Below, in pieces: positions 39,172 through 48,268 of a stretch of 64,000 nt of DNA; positions within the stretch are counted from its first letter, which is position 1, and each line of letters begins with the position of its first letter. The DNA is from Micropepsaceae bacterium. GTDB taxonomy: Bacteria; Pseudomonadota; Alphaproteobacteria; Micropepsales; Micropepsaceae. The position numbers were made by a program, and so were the translations under genes. Below the pieces are notes generated by a model. That model was not told where the DNA came from, ran no database searches, and was given only the letters and a program-made list of their open reading frames with translations. The DNA is taken from the NCBI GenBank assembly GCA_047602465.1, contig JASGHF010000002.1, positions 48,559 to 112,558 of the forward strand. Direction: 5' to 3'.

Positions 39172-40307
39172 CAGCGGCCTCCCCCCGTCGCGGGCGCTTC
39201 GGGCGCATTGGGTCTCAGCCGGTCGAGCGGCAGATACGGGACGACGCCGTTGGCGCCCGCCCCGTCGACGATGATCTTGTTCGTGCCGCTGAACACCTGC
39301 TCCATCGTCTCCAGGAAGATGCGCTCGCGCGTCACGTCCGGCGCCAGCCGGTACTGTTCGTAGATCGCCAGGAAGCGCTGGGCTTCACCGGTGGCCTCGG
39401 CGACCGTCTGCGAGGCATAGGCTTCGGCCTGCTGCGAGATGCGGGCGGCCTGGCCTTCCGCGCCCGGCACGGTCTGGTTGCGGTAGGTGTCGGCCTGGTT
39501 CCGCATCTTCTCGGCGTCGGCGACGGCGGCCTGCACGTCGCGGAACGAGGCGATGACCTCTTGAGGCGGCTCCACGCGCTGAAGCTGGACTTCGTTGATG
39601 GTGACGCCGGCGCCATAGCTGTCCAGCGTCTTCTGCATCAGCTCCTGCACTTCGTTCTGGATCTGCTCGCGCTCTTCGGTGAGGACGCGCTGCTGGTTCT
39701 TGCGCGCCACGACGTCGCGCATCGAGGATTCGGCGACCGCCTTGATGGTGTCTTCGACGTTCTCGACGTTGAACAGATATTTCTGGGCGTCGGCGATGAT
39801 CCAGATCACCGTGAAATCGACGTCGATGATGTTCTCATCGCCGGTCAGCATCAGGCTCTCGTCCGTACCGCTGCTGCGGGCGCCGTCGGCGCGCACGCCG
39901 ACGCTGACCGAGTTCTGGCGCGTCACCTGAGGCTTTTCGACCGTCTCGATCGGCCAGGGCAGCGCATAGTTGAAGCCCGGGCCGGTCTGGCGGCTGAACT
40001 TGCCGAACGTCTTCACGATGCCCTGCTCGTCCGGCTGGACCGTGTAGAAGCCGGTCGCCAGCCAGGCGCCGATCGCGACCAGGGCGATCAGCAGGATGCC
40101 GCGCGTGCTCATCGGCCCGCCCGGCATCACCTGCTTCATGCGTTCCTGCCCGCGGCGGATGAGGTCTTCCAGATTGGGGGGCTGATTTCCGCCGCCGCCA
40201 CCGCCGCCCTTGTTGCCGCCGCCGCCACCCTGGCCCCAGGGACCACGGCCGCCATCCTTGCCGCCTCCCCCGCCCCAGGGGCCTCCGGAATTATTCTGCC
40301 ACGGCAT
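39171..40307 (-). CDS. hflK: FtsH protease modulator HflK
   Basis: MPW..GGPWG..PPNLEDLIRR, MLTGDENIIDV, PPQEVIASFRDV, APDVTRERIFLETME. Confidence 0.95.
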   Translation of the reverse strand: MPWQNNSGGPWGGGGGKDGGRGPWGQGGGGGNKGGGGGGGNQPPNLEDLIRRGQERMKQVMPGGPMSTRGILLIALVAIGAWLATGFYTVQPDEQGIVKTFGKFSRQTGPGFNYALPWPIETVEKPQVTRQNSVSVGVRADGARSSGTDESLMLTGDENIIDVDFTVIWIIADAQKYLFNVENVEDTIKAVAESSMRDVVARKNQQRVLTEEREQIQNEVQELMQKTLDSYGAGVTINEVQLQRVEPPQEVIASFRDVQAAVADAEKMRNQADTYRNQTVPGAEGQAARISQQAEAYASQTVAEATGEAQRFLAIYEQYRLAPDVTRERIFLETMEQVFSGTNKIIVDGAGANGVVPYLPLDRLRPNAPEAPATGGGR

Positions 40308-40439
40308 AAGGGCCGGTCCTCCCAAGTGCGACGCGGACATGCGTCAGGATGGCGCAGAGCGCGCCCTGGTTCTCATATCCGACGCGGGGGGCATGAAATC
40401 AAGGTGCGCGAGCCGCAGCCGTGCTATCCAGAGGGTGTC

Positions 40440-41534
40440 ATGACAGCGCCCTCCAAAGACGAAATAGCCTCAATTCTCAATGCGATACGTGACCCGGCGA
40501 CGGGCCGCGGGCTGATCAACTCAGGCGTGCTTCAAGGTCTCGTCATCCAGGGCGGCAAGGCCGGTTTCATGCTCGATGTTCCTGCCGGGACGGCCGGGAA
40601 CTACGAGCCGGTACGTGCCGAGGCCGAGCGCGCCGTCCGCGCGATGCCGGGCATCACCGCCGTCACGGCGGTCCTGACCTCGCATGGCGCTCCCGCCGCG
40701 AAGCCTGCCCCGCGCCCTGCCCCGGCGGGCGCGCAGGGCATTCCCGGCATCAGGCACATCGTCGCCGTCGCCAGCGGCAAAGGCGGGGTCGGCAAGTCGA
40801 CCGTGGCGGCCAATCTGGCGCTGGCGCTGGCGGCGCTGGGTCAACGGGTCGGGCTGATGGACGCCGATATCTATGGCCCCTCGGTTCCGCATCTGCTCGG
40901 CATCACGGAGAAGCCGCACGCCGGACCGGACAAGCGGCTTCTGCCGGTCACCGCGCACGGCATCAAGGCGATGTCGATCGGCCTGCTGATCGACCCGAAC
41001 GCCGCCGCCGTCTGGCGCGGGCCGGTGGCGACGGGCGCGCTGAACCAGTTGCTCGCACAGGTCGCATGGGACGATCTCGACATCCTTTTGATCGACATGC
41101 CGCCCGGCACCGGCGACATCCATATCAGCCTGACCCAGCGCGTGGCGCTGGCCGGCGCGGTGGTGGTCTCCACGCCGCAGGATGTCGCCCTGCTCGACGC
41201 CCGCAAGGGCATCACCATGTTCCAGAAGGTCTCGGTGCCTGTGCTGGGCATCGTGGAGAACATGAGCACCCATATCTGCTCCAATTGCGGCCACGAGGAG
41301 CATCTGTTCGGGCATGGCGGCGCGAGGCTGACGGCGGACGAACTGGGCGTGCCGTTCCTTGGCGAGATCCCGCTTCATCTGGCGATCCGCACCGGCTCGG
41401 ACGATGGCGCGCCGGTCGTCGCGGCCGATCCGGGCGGGCCTCAGGCCAGGCCCTTTTTCGACATCGCGGCGCGCGTGCTGGAGGGGCTGGACAAGGGTGC
41501 GGTCAAGCCGCCGCCGCGTATCGTCTTCGTCTGA
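40440..41534 (+). CDS. apbC: Mrp/NBP35 (ApbC) iron-sulfur cluster carrier ATPase
   Basis: SGKGGVGKST, DADIYGPS, DMPPGTGD, STPQDVAL, ENMSTHICSNC. Confidence 0.95.
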   Translation: MTAPSKDEIASILNAIRDPATGRGLINSGVLQGLVIQGGKAGFMLDVPAGTAGNYEPVRAEAERAVRAMPGITAVTAVLTSHGAPAAKPAPRPAPAGAQGIPGIRHIVAVASGKGGVGKSTVAANLALALAALGQRVGLMDADIYGPSVPHLLGITEKPHAGPDKRLLPVTAHGIKAMSIGLLIDPNAAAVWRGPVATGALNQLLAQVAWDDLDILLIDMPPGTGDIHISLTQRVALAGAVVVSTPQDVALLDARKGITMFQKVSVPVLGIVENMSTHICSNCGHEEHLFGHGGARLTADELGVPFLGEIPLHLAIRTGSDDGAPVVAADPGGPQARPFFDIAARVLEGLDKGAVKPPPRIVFV

Positions 41535-41562
41535 CAACAAGAAGCATCAGGGAGAGAAGCCA

Positions 41563-42117
41563 ATGTCGTATCCGGGTTTTGAAGAGGCCATCCGCCGGGT
41601 GATCACCGGCGACGACAAGGACGGGAAGTCCGTCATCATCATCGACGGTGCGCCGGGTGCGAGCATGGCGGAAGCCGGTCTCGGCGGCCTGCTGGATATC
41701 TGGGCCGACACGCATGGCCCGCTGGACCCCAAGGATCACACGCCCGCCAATCTGGAGCCGGTGAACCTGCATCCGCCCAAGGGCGGCGTGAAGGTGCGCT
41801 GGTTCGTGATCGAGCCTGCCCCCGCCGGCGTCCCCGCCGAGATTATGAACAAGGCGACCAAGGACGCTTTCGCCCGCTTCCACGCCGCCGACGCGATCAT
41901 CGACCAGACCCGCGCGCCCGGCATGCACGAGACGCACTCGATCGACGTGATCTGCCTGATCAAGGGCGACGCCTCGCTGATCCTGGAAGGCGACGAGACC
42001 CGGCTGAAGCCCGGCAATATCGTGATCCAGCGCGGCACCAACCACGCCTGGATCGCCCATGGCGGCCCGGCGCTGTTCCTGGCCGTGCTGATGGACCGGG
42101 AGCTGGTTAGGACTTAG
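41563..42117 (+). CDS. Cupin domain protein
   Basis: RRVITGDDKDGKSVI, MHETHSID, IVIQRGTNHAW. Confidence 0.85.
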   Translation: MSYPGFEEAIRRVITGDDKDGKSVIIIDGAPGASMAEAGLGGLLDIWADTHGPLDPKDHTPANLEPVNLHPPKGGVKVRWFVIEPAPAGVPAEIMNKATKDAFARFHAADAIIDQTRAPGMHETHSIDVICLIKGDASLILEGDETRLKPGNIVIQRGTNHAWIAHGGPALFLAVLMDRELVRT

Positions 42118-42141
42118 AGCCTATATCTGGTAGGCGCGGAA

Positions 42142-42250
42142 CGCCGAGCCACATCGTATCGTTTTCGCGTTTTTCGATGTTTTGCGTGAGACGCAGGATG
42201 TTGGGGTTCGAGGCTGCGCCGGACCACAACGACTCGTTTTCGCGTTTTCG
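42142..42250. repeat. Imperfect 34-35 bp direct repeat pair, 40 bp apart
   Basis: cgccgagccacatcgtatcgttttcgcgtttttcg (42142-42176) and cgccggaccacaacgactcgttttcgcgttttcg (42217-42250). Confidence 0.65.
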
Positions 42251-42330
42251 GGTCGATTGAACGCACCTCCTGTCGCGCAGTCATTTGCGCGATAGGAATA
42301 TATACTACCCCGCGCCTGCCGCAAACCGAA

Positions 42331-42363
42331 TCCTCATGGCCGCCCGTGAGGCGGCCATGAGGA
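42331..42363. terminator. Perfect 14-bp hairpin downstream of the SMP-30 gene
   Basis: tcctcatggccgcc-cgtga-ggcggccatgagga. Confidence 0.65.
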
Positions 42364-42374
42364 AATAGCGTGGC

Positions 42375-43295
42375 TCACGCGTTGAAGTTCAGCCTGAGGC
42401 CGGCATTCGCCCAGGGCATCGAGATGAGTTTGCCCGAGCCGGATAGCGTGATGTAGGCGGTCTTCATGCCCTTGCCGCCGAAGGCGATGTTCGTGACCAG
42501 AAGGTCGCCGAACTGCATCAGCGAGGTCAGCTTTACCTTGCCCTTGGGCGAAATGGTCGAGATGCCGCCCTGGAAGATGGTGGCGACGCAGACATCGCCG
42601 TTCGCCTGAACGGCGAGCGAATCGTAGAAGGCATAGCCCGGCGTCTGGCCGACATAGACGCCGCCGGGCAGGACGCCCGCACCCTTGGCGAGCTGGCCCG
42701 GCTTCTTGATCGGCGCGGCGTAGAGCCGGCCCGACAGCGTCTCGGCGTAATAGACGGTCTTCTCGTCCGGCGAGAGGCCGACGCCGTTGGGCGCCATGAT
42801 CTGGTGGATCTGGGTCGAGATGTGGCTGCCGTCGATCCTGGCGTAGTAGAGCGCGCCCCATTCGCGGTGATCGTGGGTCGACTTGGCGTGATCGGTGAAC
42901 CAGAAGCCGCCCTGCTTGTCGAAGACGAGATCGTTGGGGCCGCGCAGCGGCTGGCCGTCGACATGGGTGTAGAGCCGTTCGACCTTGCCGGTGGAGAGGT
43001 CGATGCGCTCGATGCGGCCGCCGTCATAGCTGGCGGGCTTGTGGCCGGGGATGGTGAGCTTGCCGGCCTTGTGCCACTCGAAGCCGCCATTGTTGCAGAC
43101 ATAGAGCGCGCCGTCGGGGCCGATGGCCGCGCCGTTCGGCCCGCCGCCGGGCGAGGCCAGAACCTGCTTCTTGCCGTTGGGTTTCACGCGCGTGATGTTG
43201 CCCGACTGGATCTCGACGAGGATGACCGAGCCGTCATCCATGACGACGGGGCCTTCGGGGAATTTCAGACCGGACGCAATTTCGGTGATGGCCAT
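42375..43295 (-). CDS. SMP-30/gluconolactonase/LRE family protein
   Basis: GLKFPEGP, GPNG, PNDLV, APNGVGLSPD, DSLAV, TNIAFGG beta-propeller motifs. Confidence 0.9.
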   Translation of the reverse strand: MAITEIASGLKFPEGPVVMDDGSVILVEIQSGNITRVKPNGKKQVLASPGGGPNGAAIGPDGALYVCNNGGFEWHKAGKLTIPGHKPASYDGGRIERIDLSTGKVERLYTHVDGQPLRGPNDLVFDKQGGFWFTDHAKSTHDHREWGALYYARIDGSHISTQIHQIMAPNGVGLSPDEKTVYYAETLSGRLYAAPIKKPGQLAKGAGVLPGGVYVGQTPGYAFYDSLAVQANGDVCVATIFQGGISTISPKGKVKLTSLMQFGDLLVTNIAFGGKGMKTAYITLSGSGKLISMPWANAGLRLNFNA

Positions 43296-43382
43296 GATGT
43301 GAGGCGTCTCCCTGATCTCTTATGCGATTGTCAGCGGCGGCACGTTAGGCCGATCATCGCGGCGCGCAAGCGGGAGAGCATC

Positions 43383-43853
43383 ATGGCGGACGAGTTCAAG
43401 GTCGCGGCGATCGGCCGCGTGCGGTCGGGCCGGAACGAGGCGATCGACGATGGCTGGGACGCCATTCCGGTTCGCATCGAACTCGACCCCGACCAGTTCA
43501 CGCCCGAGGCGCTGATGAGCCTCGACCAGTTCAGCCATGCCGAGATCGTCTATCTGTTCGACCGCGTGCAGGACGACCAGATCGAGCGCGGCGCGCGGCA
43601 TCCGCGCGGGCGCACGGATTGGCCAAGAGCCGGCATCTTCGCCCAGCGCGGCAAGAACCGCCCGAACCGCATCGGCGTCACCGTCGCGGAGATCGTGAAG
43701 GTCGAAGGCCTGACGCTGACCCTCAAAGGCCTCGACGCCATCGAGGGCACGCCGGTGCTGGACATCAAGCCGGTGCTGTCCGGCTTCCTGCCGCGCGGGC
43801 CGGTGCGCGAACCCGAATGGGCGCGCGAGATCATGGCCGCCTATTGGGGCTGA
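43383..43853 (+). CDS. TrmO/TsaA-like (UPF0066) SAM-binding protein
   Basis: GIFAQRGKNRPNRIGVT, GLDAIEGTPVLDIKP. Confidence 0.85.
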   Translation: MADEFKVAAIGRVRSGRNEAIDDGWDAIPVRIELDPDQFTPEALMSLDQFSHAEIVYLFDRVQDDQIERGARHPRGRTDWPRAGIFAQRGKNRPNRIGVTVAEIVKVEGLTLTLKGLDAIEGTPVLDIKPVLSGFLPRGPVREPEWAREIMAAYWG

Positions 43854-44353
43854 TCGCGCTCAAGTATCCGGAACGTGAAGCCCGGCAGCGGCCCAAGCGC
43901 GGGGTGCGGCTGGGCGAAGGTCTGTTTCCAGTCGTCGGGCGAGAATTCGGGCATGAAGACATCGCCCTCGGGCGAAAGGCCGACGCTGGTGAGATAGATG
44001 CGGCCCGCGCGCGGCAGCGCCTCGGCATAGAGCGCCGCGCCGCCGATCACCACGATCTCCGGCGAGCCGGCCGCCGCCGCGATGGCGGCATCGAAGCTGG
44101 TCGCGACGCTGGCGTCATGCGCGATGAAGCCGCTGTTATGCGTGACGACGATGTTCTCGCGCTTGGGCAGCGGTTTGGCGGGCAGCGACTCCCACGTCCT
44201 GCGGCCCATGATGACCGGCTTCCCGAGCGTGTGCATACGGAACCAGCGCATGTCTTCCGGGATGCGCCAGGGCAGCGCGCCCTTGTTGCCGATGACGCCG
44301 TTATTGGCGACGGCGACGATGAGCGAAATCAGCGGATCCTTCAGCGAGGTCAT
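43841..44353 (-). CDS. folA: Dihydrofolate reductase
   Basis: IVAVANNGVIG..LPWRIPEDM, GKPVIMGRRTWESL, VIGGAALY. Confidence 0.95.
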   Translation of the reverse strand: MTSLKDPLISLIVAVANNGVIGNKGALPWRIPEDMRWFRMHTLGKPVIMGRRTWESLPAKPLPKRENIVVTHNSGFIAHDASVATSFDAAIAAAAGSPEIVVIGGAALYAEALPRAGRIYLTSVGLSPEGDVFMPEFSPDDWKQTFAQPHPALGPLPGFTFRILERDQPQ

Positions 44354-44841
44354 GTCTGTGCCATGTGTTTCAGCGCCTCGCCCTGAAGCCGGTACTCGGT
44401 CCAGCCCGCACTCGGGGCGGCGCCCATGCCTTGATAGAATTTGATCGCCGTCTCGTTCCAGTCGAGCACGGTCCACGCGAGCCGCTGTGCGCCGTGGCTG
44501 GCCGCGACCTGAGCCAGATGCGCGAAAAACGCCTTGCCGATGCCTTTGCCGCGATACGCATCGCGCACATAGAGGTCTTCCAGATGAATGCAGGGCGCAG
44601 CGCGGAACGATGCGTATGCCTGATACCACAGGCACACGCCCGCCGGATGGCCATCGACGAATGCGAGGTCGGCGTGGACCTTCTGCGTCTCGCCGAAGAA
44701 ATCGCGCGCGACGATCGCCGGCGTCAGGTGAAAGAACTCCGGCGCGTCGAGCTTCTCGTACACCGCCAGTTCGTGCAGCAGCGTGAAAACCAGCCCGGCT
44801 TCGTCAGACGTCGAAGGCCGGATCGTCAACCCGTCGCTCAC
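44350..44841 (-). CDS. GNAT family N-acetyltransferase (SSAT-like)
   Basis: [36 protein letters not shown]. Confidence 0.9.
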   Translation of the reverse strand: MSDGLTIRPSTSDEAGLVFTLLHELAVYEKLDAPEFFHLTPAIVARDFFGETQKVHADLAFVDGHPAGVCLWYQAYASFRAAPCIHLEDLYVRDAYRGKGIGKAFFAHLAQVAASHGAQRLAWTVLDWNETAIKFYQGMGAAPSAGWTEYRLQGEALKHMAQT

Positions 44842-45632
44842 ACCGCCACCGGCGCGGCGATGTGGGGGTGCGCCTCGTAACGCTCCAGTTTGAAGTCGTC
44901 ATAGGTGAAGCTGAAGATATCGGTGATCGCAGGGTTGATCCGCATCGCCGGCAGCGCCTTGGGGGCGCGGCTGAGCTGCAGCGCCGCCTGCTCCAGATGG
45001 TTGGAATAGAGATGCGCGTCGCCCAGCGTGTGGACGAAGTCGCCGGGCTTCAGCCCCGTGACCTGCGCGATCATCATGGTCAGCAGCGCATAGGAGGCGA
45101 TGTTGAACGGCACGCCGAGGAAGATGTCGGCCGAACGCTGATAGAGCTGGCAGGAGAGCCTGCCCTCCGCGACGTAGAACTGGAACAGGCAGTGGCAGGG
45201 CGGCAGCGCCATCTTCTCCACGTCCGAAGGGTTCCAGGCGGTGACCATGAGCCGGCGCGAGTCCGGCGTGCGCTTGATCATCTCGATCAGATTGCCGATC
45301 TGGTCGATGGTCGAGCCGTCGCGCGCCGGCCACGAGCGCCACTGATGGCCATAGACCGGGCCGAGATCGCCGCGCTCATCGGCCCACTCGTCCCAGATGC
45401 GGACGCCATTCTCCTTCAGATAGGCGATGTTGGTTTCGCCCTTCAGGAACCACAGCAATTCGTGGACGATGGATTTCAGATGCACCTTCTTGGTGGTGAC
45501 CAGCGGGAAGCCTTCGCTGAGGTCGAAACGCATCTGGTGGCCGAAGACCGAGAGCGTACCCGTGCCGGTCCGGTCGGTCTTCTTGACCCCGGTCTTCAGC
45601 ACCAGCTCCATCAGGTCGAGATATTGGCGCAT
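44838..45632 (-). CDS. thyA: Thymidylate synthase
   Basis: [40 protein letters not shown]. Confidence 0.97.
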   Translation of the reverse strand: MRQYLDLMELVLKTGVKKTDRTGTGTLSVFGHQMRFDLSEGFPLVTTKKVHLKSIVHELLWFLKGETNIAYLKENGVRIWDEWADERGDLGPVYGHQWRSWPARDGSTIDQIGNLIEMIKRTPDSRRLMVTAWNPSDVEKMALPPCHCLFQFYVAEGRLSCQLYQRSADIFLGVPFNIASYALLTMMIAQVTGLKPGDFVHTLGDAHLYSNHLEQAALQLSRAPKALPAMRINPAITDIFSFTYDDFKLERYEAHPHIAAPVAV

Positions 45633-45778
45633 CCCCGCCCCTCGTGATTCGTAAGCAGCAGAGCCTAGCACCACTCTTCCCCAGGGCGGCTGGGGATAAC
45701 CTTCAGCGCGTGGAAATGGCGGAATTCCGCCCCTGGTCAGAGGTGATGATTTTTCCTCTCCGACCCCTTATATTCATC

Positions 45779-46056
45779 GGTGCCGGGCTTGCCCGGCTAT
45801 GGCGATAAACGCGCGTGTAATAAGCGGCTCGGACCCGGGGGCGGTACCCGGCGCCTCCACCAAGTGGACCTTACGAGGTGCAGTTGATGGGGGCGAAATA
45901 GCATCGACGGACGTGTAAAGACGTGGCTTTTGCTCCGAATGGTTCCGCGGTTATCGGGCCGTTGTTTAGGTGCCAACGACAATGAAATGGCCCTCGCTGC
46001 CTAATAGGTAAGCGCAGCCCGGAGGGAGCTGGGCAACAGAATCCCTCCACCTAATT
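45779..46056 (+). ncRNA. ssrA: Permuted two-piece tmRNA, tag (A)NDNEMALAA
   Basis: Acceptor piece ends ...CCCGGCGCCTCCACCA at 45862; coding piece starts GGGGGCGAAATAGCATCGAC at 45889; tag ORF GCC AAC GAC AAT GAA ATG GCC CTC GCT GCC TAA at 45972-46004; ends approximate. Confidence 0.95.
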
Positions 46057-46127
46057 CCACGGCCGGCAGCGACCGACCGCTTGAGACAAAACGAGGGAGC
46101 TGGGCAACAGAATCCCTCCACCTAATT
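46022..46127 (+). repeat. Perfect 35-bp direct repeat of the tmRNA 3' hairpin, 36-bp spacer
   Basis: gagggagctgggcaacagaatccctccacctaatt at 46022-46056 and 46093-46127. Confidence 0.92.
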
Positions 46128-46139
46128 TTTATCCAAGGC

Positions 46140-46226
46140 TGTCATGGTCGGCGAAGGCCGACCATCCACGGCTTTGACATCGACCGCCGGAAAGGCGTGG
46201 ATGGTCCGCCTGCGCGGACCATGACA
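46140..46226. repeat. CGTC-type REP doublet (two inverted hairpins)
   Basis: tgtcatggtcggcgaaggccgaccatccacg ... cgtggatggtccgcctgcgcggaccatgaca. Confidence 0.82.
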
Positions 46227-46240
46227 ATCAGGGCGAAGAT

Positions 46241-46438
46241 GTGAGCGACGAACGCAAGATCGTGGACCTGAACAGCGCGCGCCGCGAACGCGAGCGCGCC
46301 GAGCGTGAAGCCGCGAAGGCGGCGAAGCGCGCCGCCGAGCCGCCGCGTGACGGCGTCCGCCCTGCCCTTTACTGGACCGTGGTCGTCGCGCTGATCTTCG
46401 CCCTGGCGGGCGGCTACACGCTGGTCGCCGCGATCTAG
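46241..46438 (+). CDS. Small hypothetical membrane protein
   Basis: 65 aa; KIVDLNSARRER charged helix followed by one C-terminal TM segment. Confidence 0.6.
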   Translation: MSDERKIVDLNSARRERERAEREAAKAAKRAAEPPRDGVRPALYWTVVVALIFALAGGYTLVAAI

Positions 46439-46842
46439 CGGCGAAGCTCCGGCTGCACGATGATGAGCTTGGCGCGCGGCGCATCGCCCGCCTGCGGCTC
46501 CTCGACCGCTTCTGCGGCAGATGCAGCCGCCGGTTTCGGCAGCGGCTTTTCCCAGTTGCAGAAGATGCGCTTGCCGATCTTCACGCGCCGGTCCGAGATG
46601 ACGCGCGCGATCTTGCCGTCATTGCCCGCGCCGTCGAAGCGCACCTCTCCCATGTCGAAATCGAGCCGGCCGGTGAAGGCGTCCGGCGTGTCGCCATAGC
46701 GGCCTGCGGCATCGACCGCGAAGCTGCTGCCGGTCTCGGTTCCGCCGGGCGTGCGGCATTTGTAGATGCCGGCGTCGAGCGACTCCGCAAAGGCGGGAGC
46801 GGCGAAAGCCGAGGCGGCGATGACGAGAATGATGGCGCGCAT
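46435..46842 (-). CDS. Hypothetical secreted protein
   Basis: Signal peptide MRAIILVIAASAFAAPAFA, two Cys; 4-bp convergent overlap. Confidence 0.65.
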   Translation of the reverse strand: MRAIILVIAASAFAAPAFAESLDAGIYKCRTPGGTETGSSFAVDAAGRYGDTPDAFTGRLDFDMGEVRFDGAGNDGKIARVISDRRVKIGKRIFCNWEKPLPKPAAASAAEAVEEPQAGDAPRAKLIIVQPELRR

Positions 46843-46901
46843 GGAAACGACTCCTTCCGCTGCCAGTCATAACGCCGCGCGCGGACGGGCGATCCCTGGA
46901 A

Positions 46902-48143
46902 TCAGGCGACGTCGTTAACGCGGGCGCGGCGGCGGATCTGCAGCGTGAACAGTCCGGCCATCGCGCACACGGCGCCGCCGCAGGTCAGCGTCAGCGGCAC
47001 GCCGATATAGTGCGCCAGCGCGCCGGCCGCGAGCGAACCGAAGGGCATCATGCCCAGGAAGCTCATCGTGTAGTAGGCCATCACCCGGCCGCGCATCCGG
47101 TCATCGACCGCGTTCTGCACGATGATATTCGTGGTGCTGCCCTGGAGCATCAGGCAGAACGCGGTCGGCAGCACCACCGCCAGCGCGAACCAGTAATTCG
47201 TCATCAGCGACAGCACGACCATCCACAGGCCGAAGGCGATGGCCGCAAGCTCCGGCGCCTGGCGCAGCCGGTCGCCCGAGAGGCGGCTCATCGCGAAAGC
47301 GCCGAACAGCGCCCCGCCGCCCACCGCCGTCATCAGCAGGCCGTAGCCCGCCGAGTCGGCCCCCAGCGCCTCCTGCGCGAAGACGGGCATCAGCGTCAGA
47401 TACGGCCCGCCCGCAAAGCTGGATGCCGCCAGCGCCAGCAGCGCCGCGCGTATCTCGCGATGGCCCGCGACATAGCGGAAGCCCTCGATCAGATCCTGCA
47501 GCGGACGCGAGACATCCTCCCGCCGCACCGATCTGGTCTGCATCAGCGCAAGGCTGGTGATGACCGCGACATAGCTGGCCGCATTGATCGCGAAGCACCA
47601 GGCCTCGCCGACCGCCGCGATGGTGACGCCCGCGACCGAAGGTCCGACCACGCGCGCCATGTTGAACATGATCGAGTTGAGCGCGATGGCGTTCTGCAGA
47701 TCGCCGCGCCCCACCATCTCCACCGTGAAGGACTGGCGCGTCGGCACGTCGATGGCGTTCAGCACGCCGTAGAACAGCGCCAGCGCCGCGACATGCCAGA
47801 CCTCGGCGAGATCGGTGAAGGTCAGCACCGCCAGCGCGACCGCCTGGATCAGGAACCCGGTCTGGGTGACGAGCAGCAGCGTCCGGCGGTCCATCCGGTC
47901 GGCGATGGTGCCGCCCAGCGCCGAGAGAAAGAAGACCGGCCCCTGCTGCAGGAAGCCGATGAAGCCGAGCGCCAGCGGCGATCCGGTCAGGCGATAGACC
48001 AGCCACGCCTGGCCGATGATCTGCATCCACGAGCCCATCAGCGACAGCAGCTGGCCCGAAAAGAACAGCCGGTAGTTCCGGTGACGGAAGATGCTGCTGA
48101 GGGGCGCGCGCTCGGCGGGCGCTGGCGGTGAGTTGGATGGCAT
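46902..48143 (-). CDS. MFS transporter (EntS/MFS_3-like)
   Basis: FRHRNYRLFFSGQ, GGTIADRMDRR, NAIALNS..FNMAR..GP, MRGRVMAYY; about 12 TM. Confidence 0.9.
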   Translation of the reverse strand: MPSNSPPAPAERAPLSSIFRHRNYRLFFSGQLLSLMGSWMQIIGQAWLVYRLTGSPLALGFIGFLQQGPVFFLSALGGTIADRMDRRTLLLVTQTGFLIQAVALAVLTFTDLAEVWHVAALALFYGVLNAIDVPTRQSFTVEMVGRGDLQNAIALNSIMFNMARVVGPSVAGVTIAAVGEAWCFAINAASYVAVITSLALMQTRSVRREDVSRPLQDLIEGFRYVAGHREIRAALLALAASSFAGGPYLTLMPVFAQEALGADSAGYGLLMTAVGGGALFGAFAMSRLSGDRLRQAPELAAIAFGLWMVVLSLMTNYWFALAVVLPTAFCLMLQGSTTNIIVQNAVDDRMRGRVMAYYTMSFLGMMPFGSLAAGALAHYIGVPLTLTCGGAVCAMAGLFTLQIRRRARVNDVA

Positions 48144-48268
48144 GGACGCCACCGGATAAACGCCCTCCGCCGCGCTTACGCAACGCTTCAGGGGGCCGGG
48201 GTGGACGAAATCCCCTTCACGTCGCATGTCACGGCGGCAACCAATTCAAGGGTTCCGGGGAAATCGCC

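Noticed and set aside
39561-41534. 657-aa Mrp/ApbC with a long N-terminal extension
   Set aside because: The extension is the antisense frame of hflK; the real gene starts at ATG40440.
42142-42250. Degenerate CRISPR array
   Set aside because: Two imperfect, non-palindromic repeats with no cas genes or further units.
46022-46127. 35-bp repeat / 36-bp spacer / 35-bp repeat as a CRISPR mini-array
   Set aside because: Only two repeats, no cas genes in the window, and the repeat is the 3' hairpin of the tmRNA itself.
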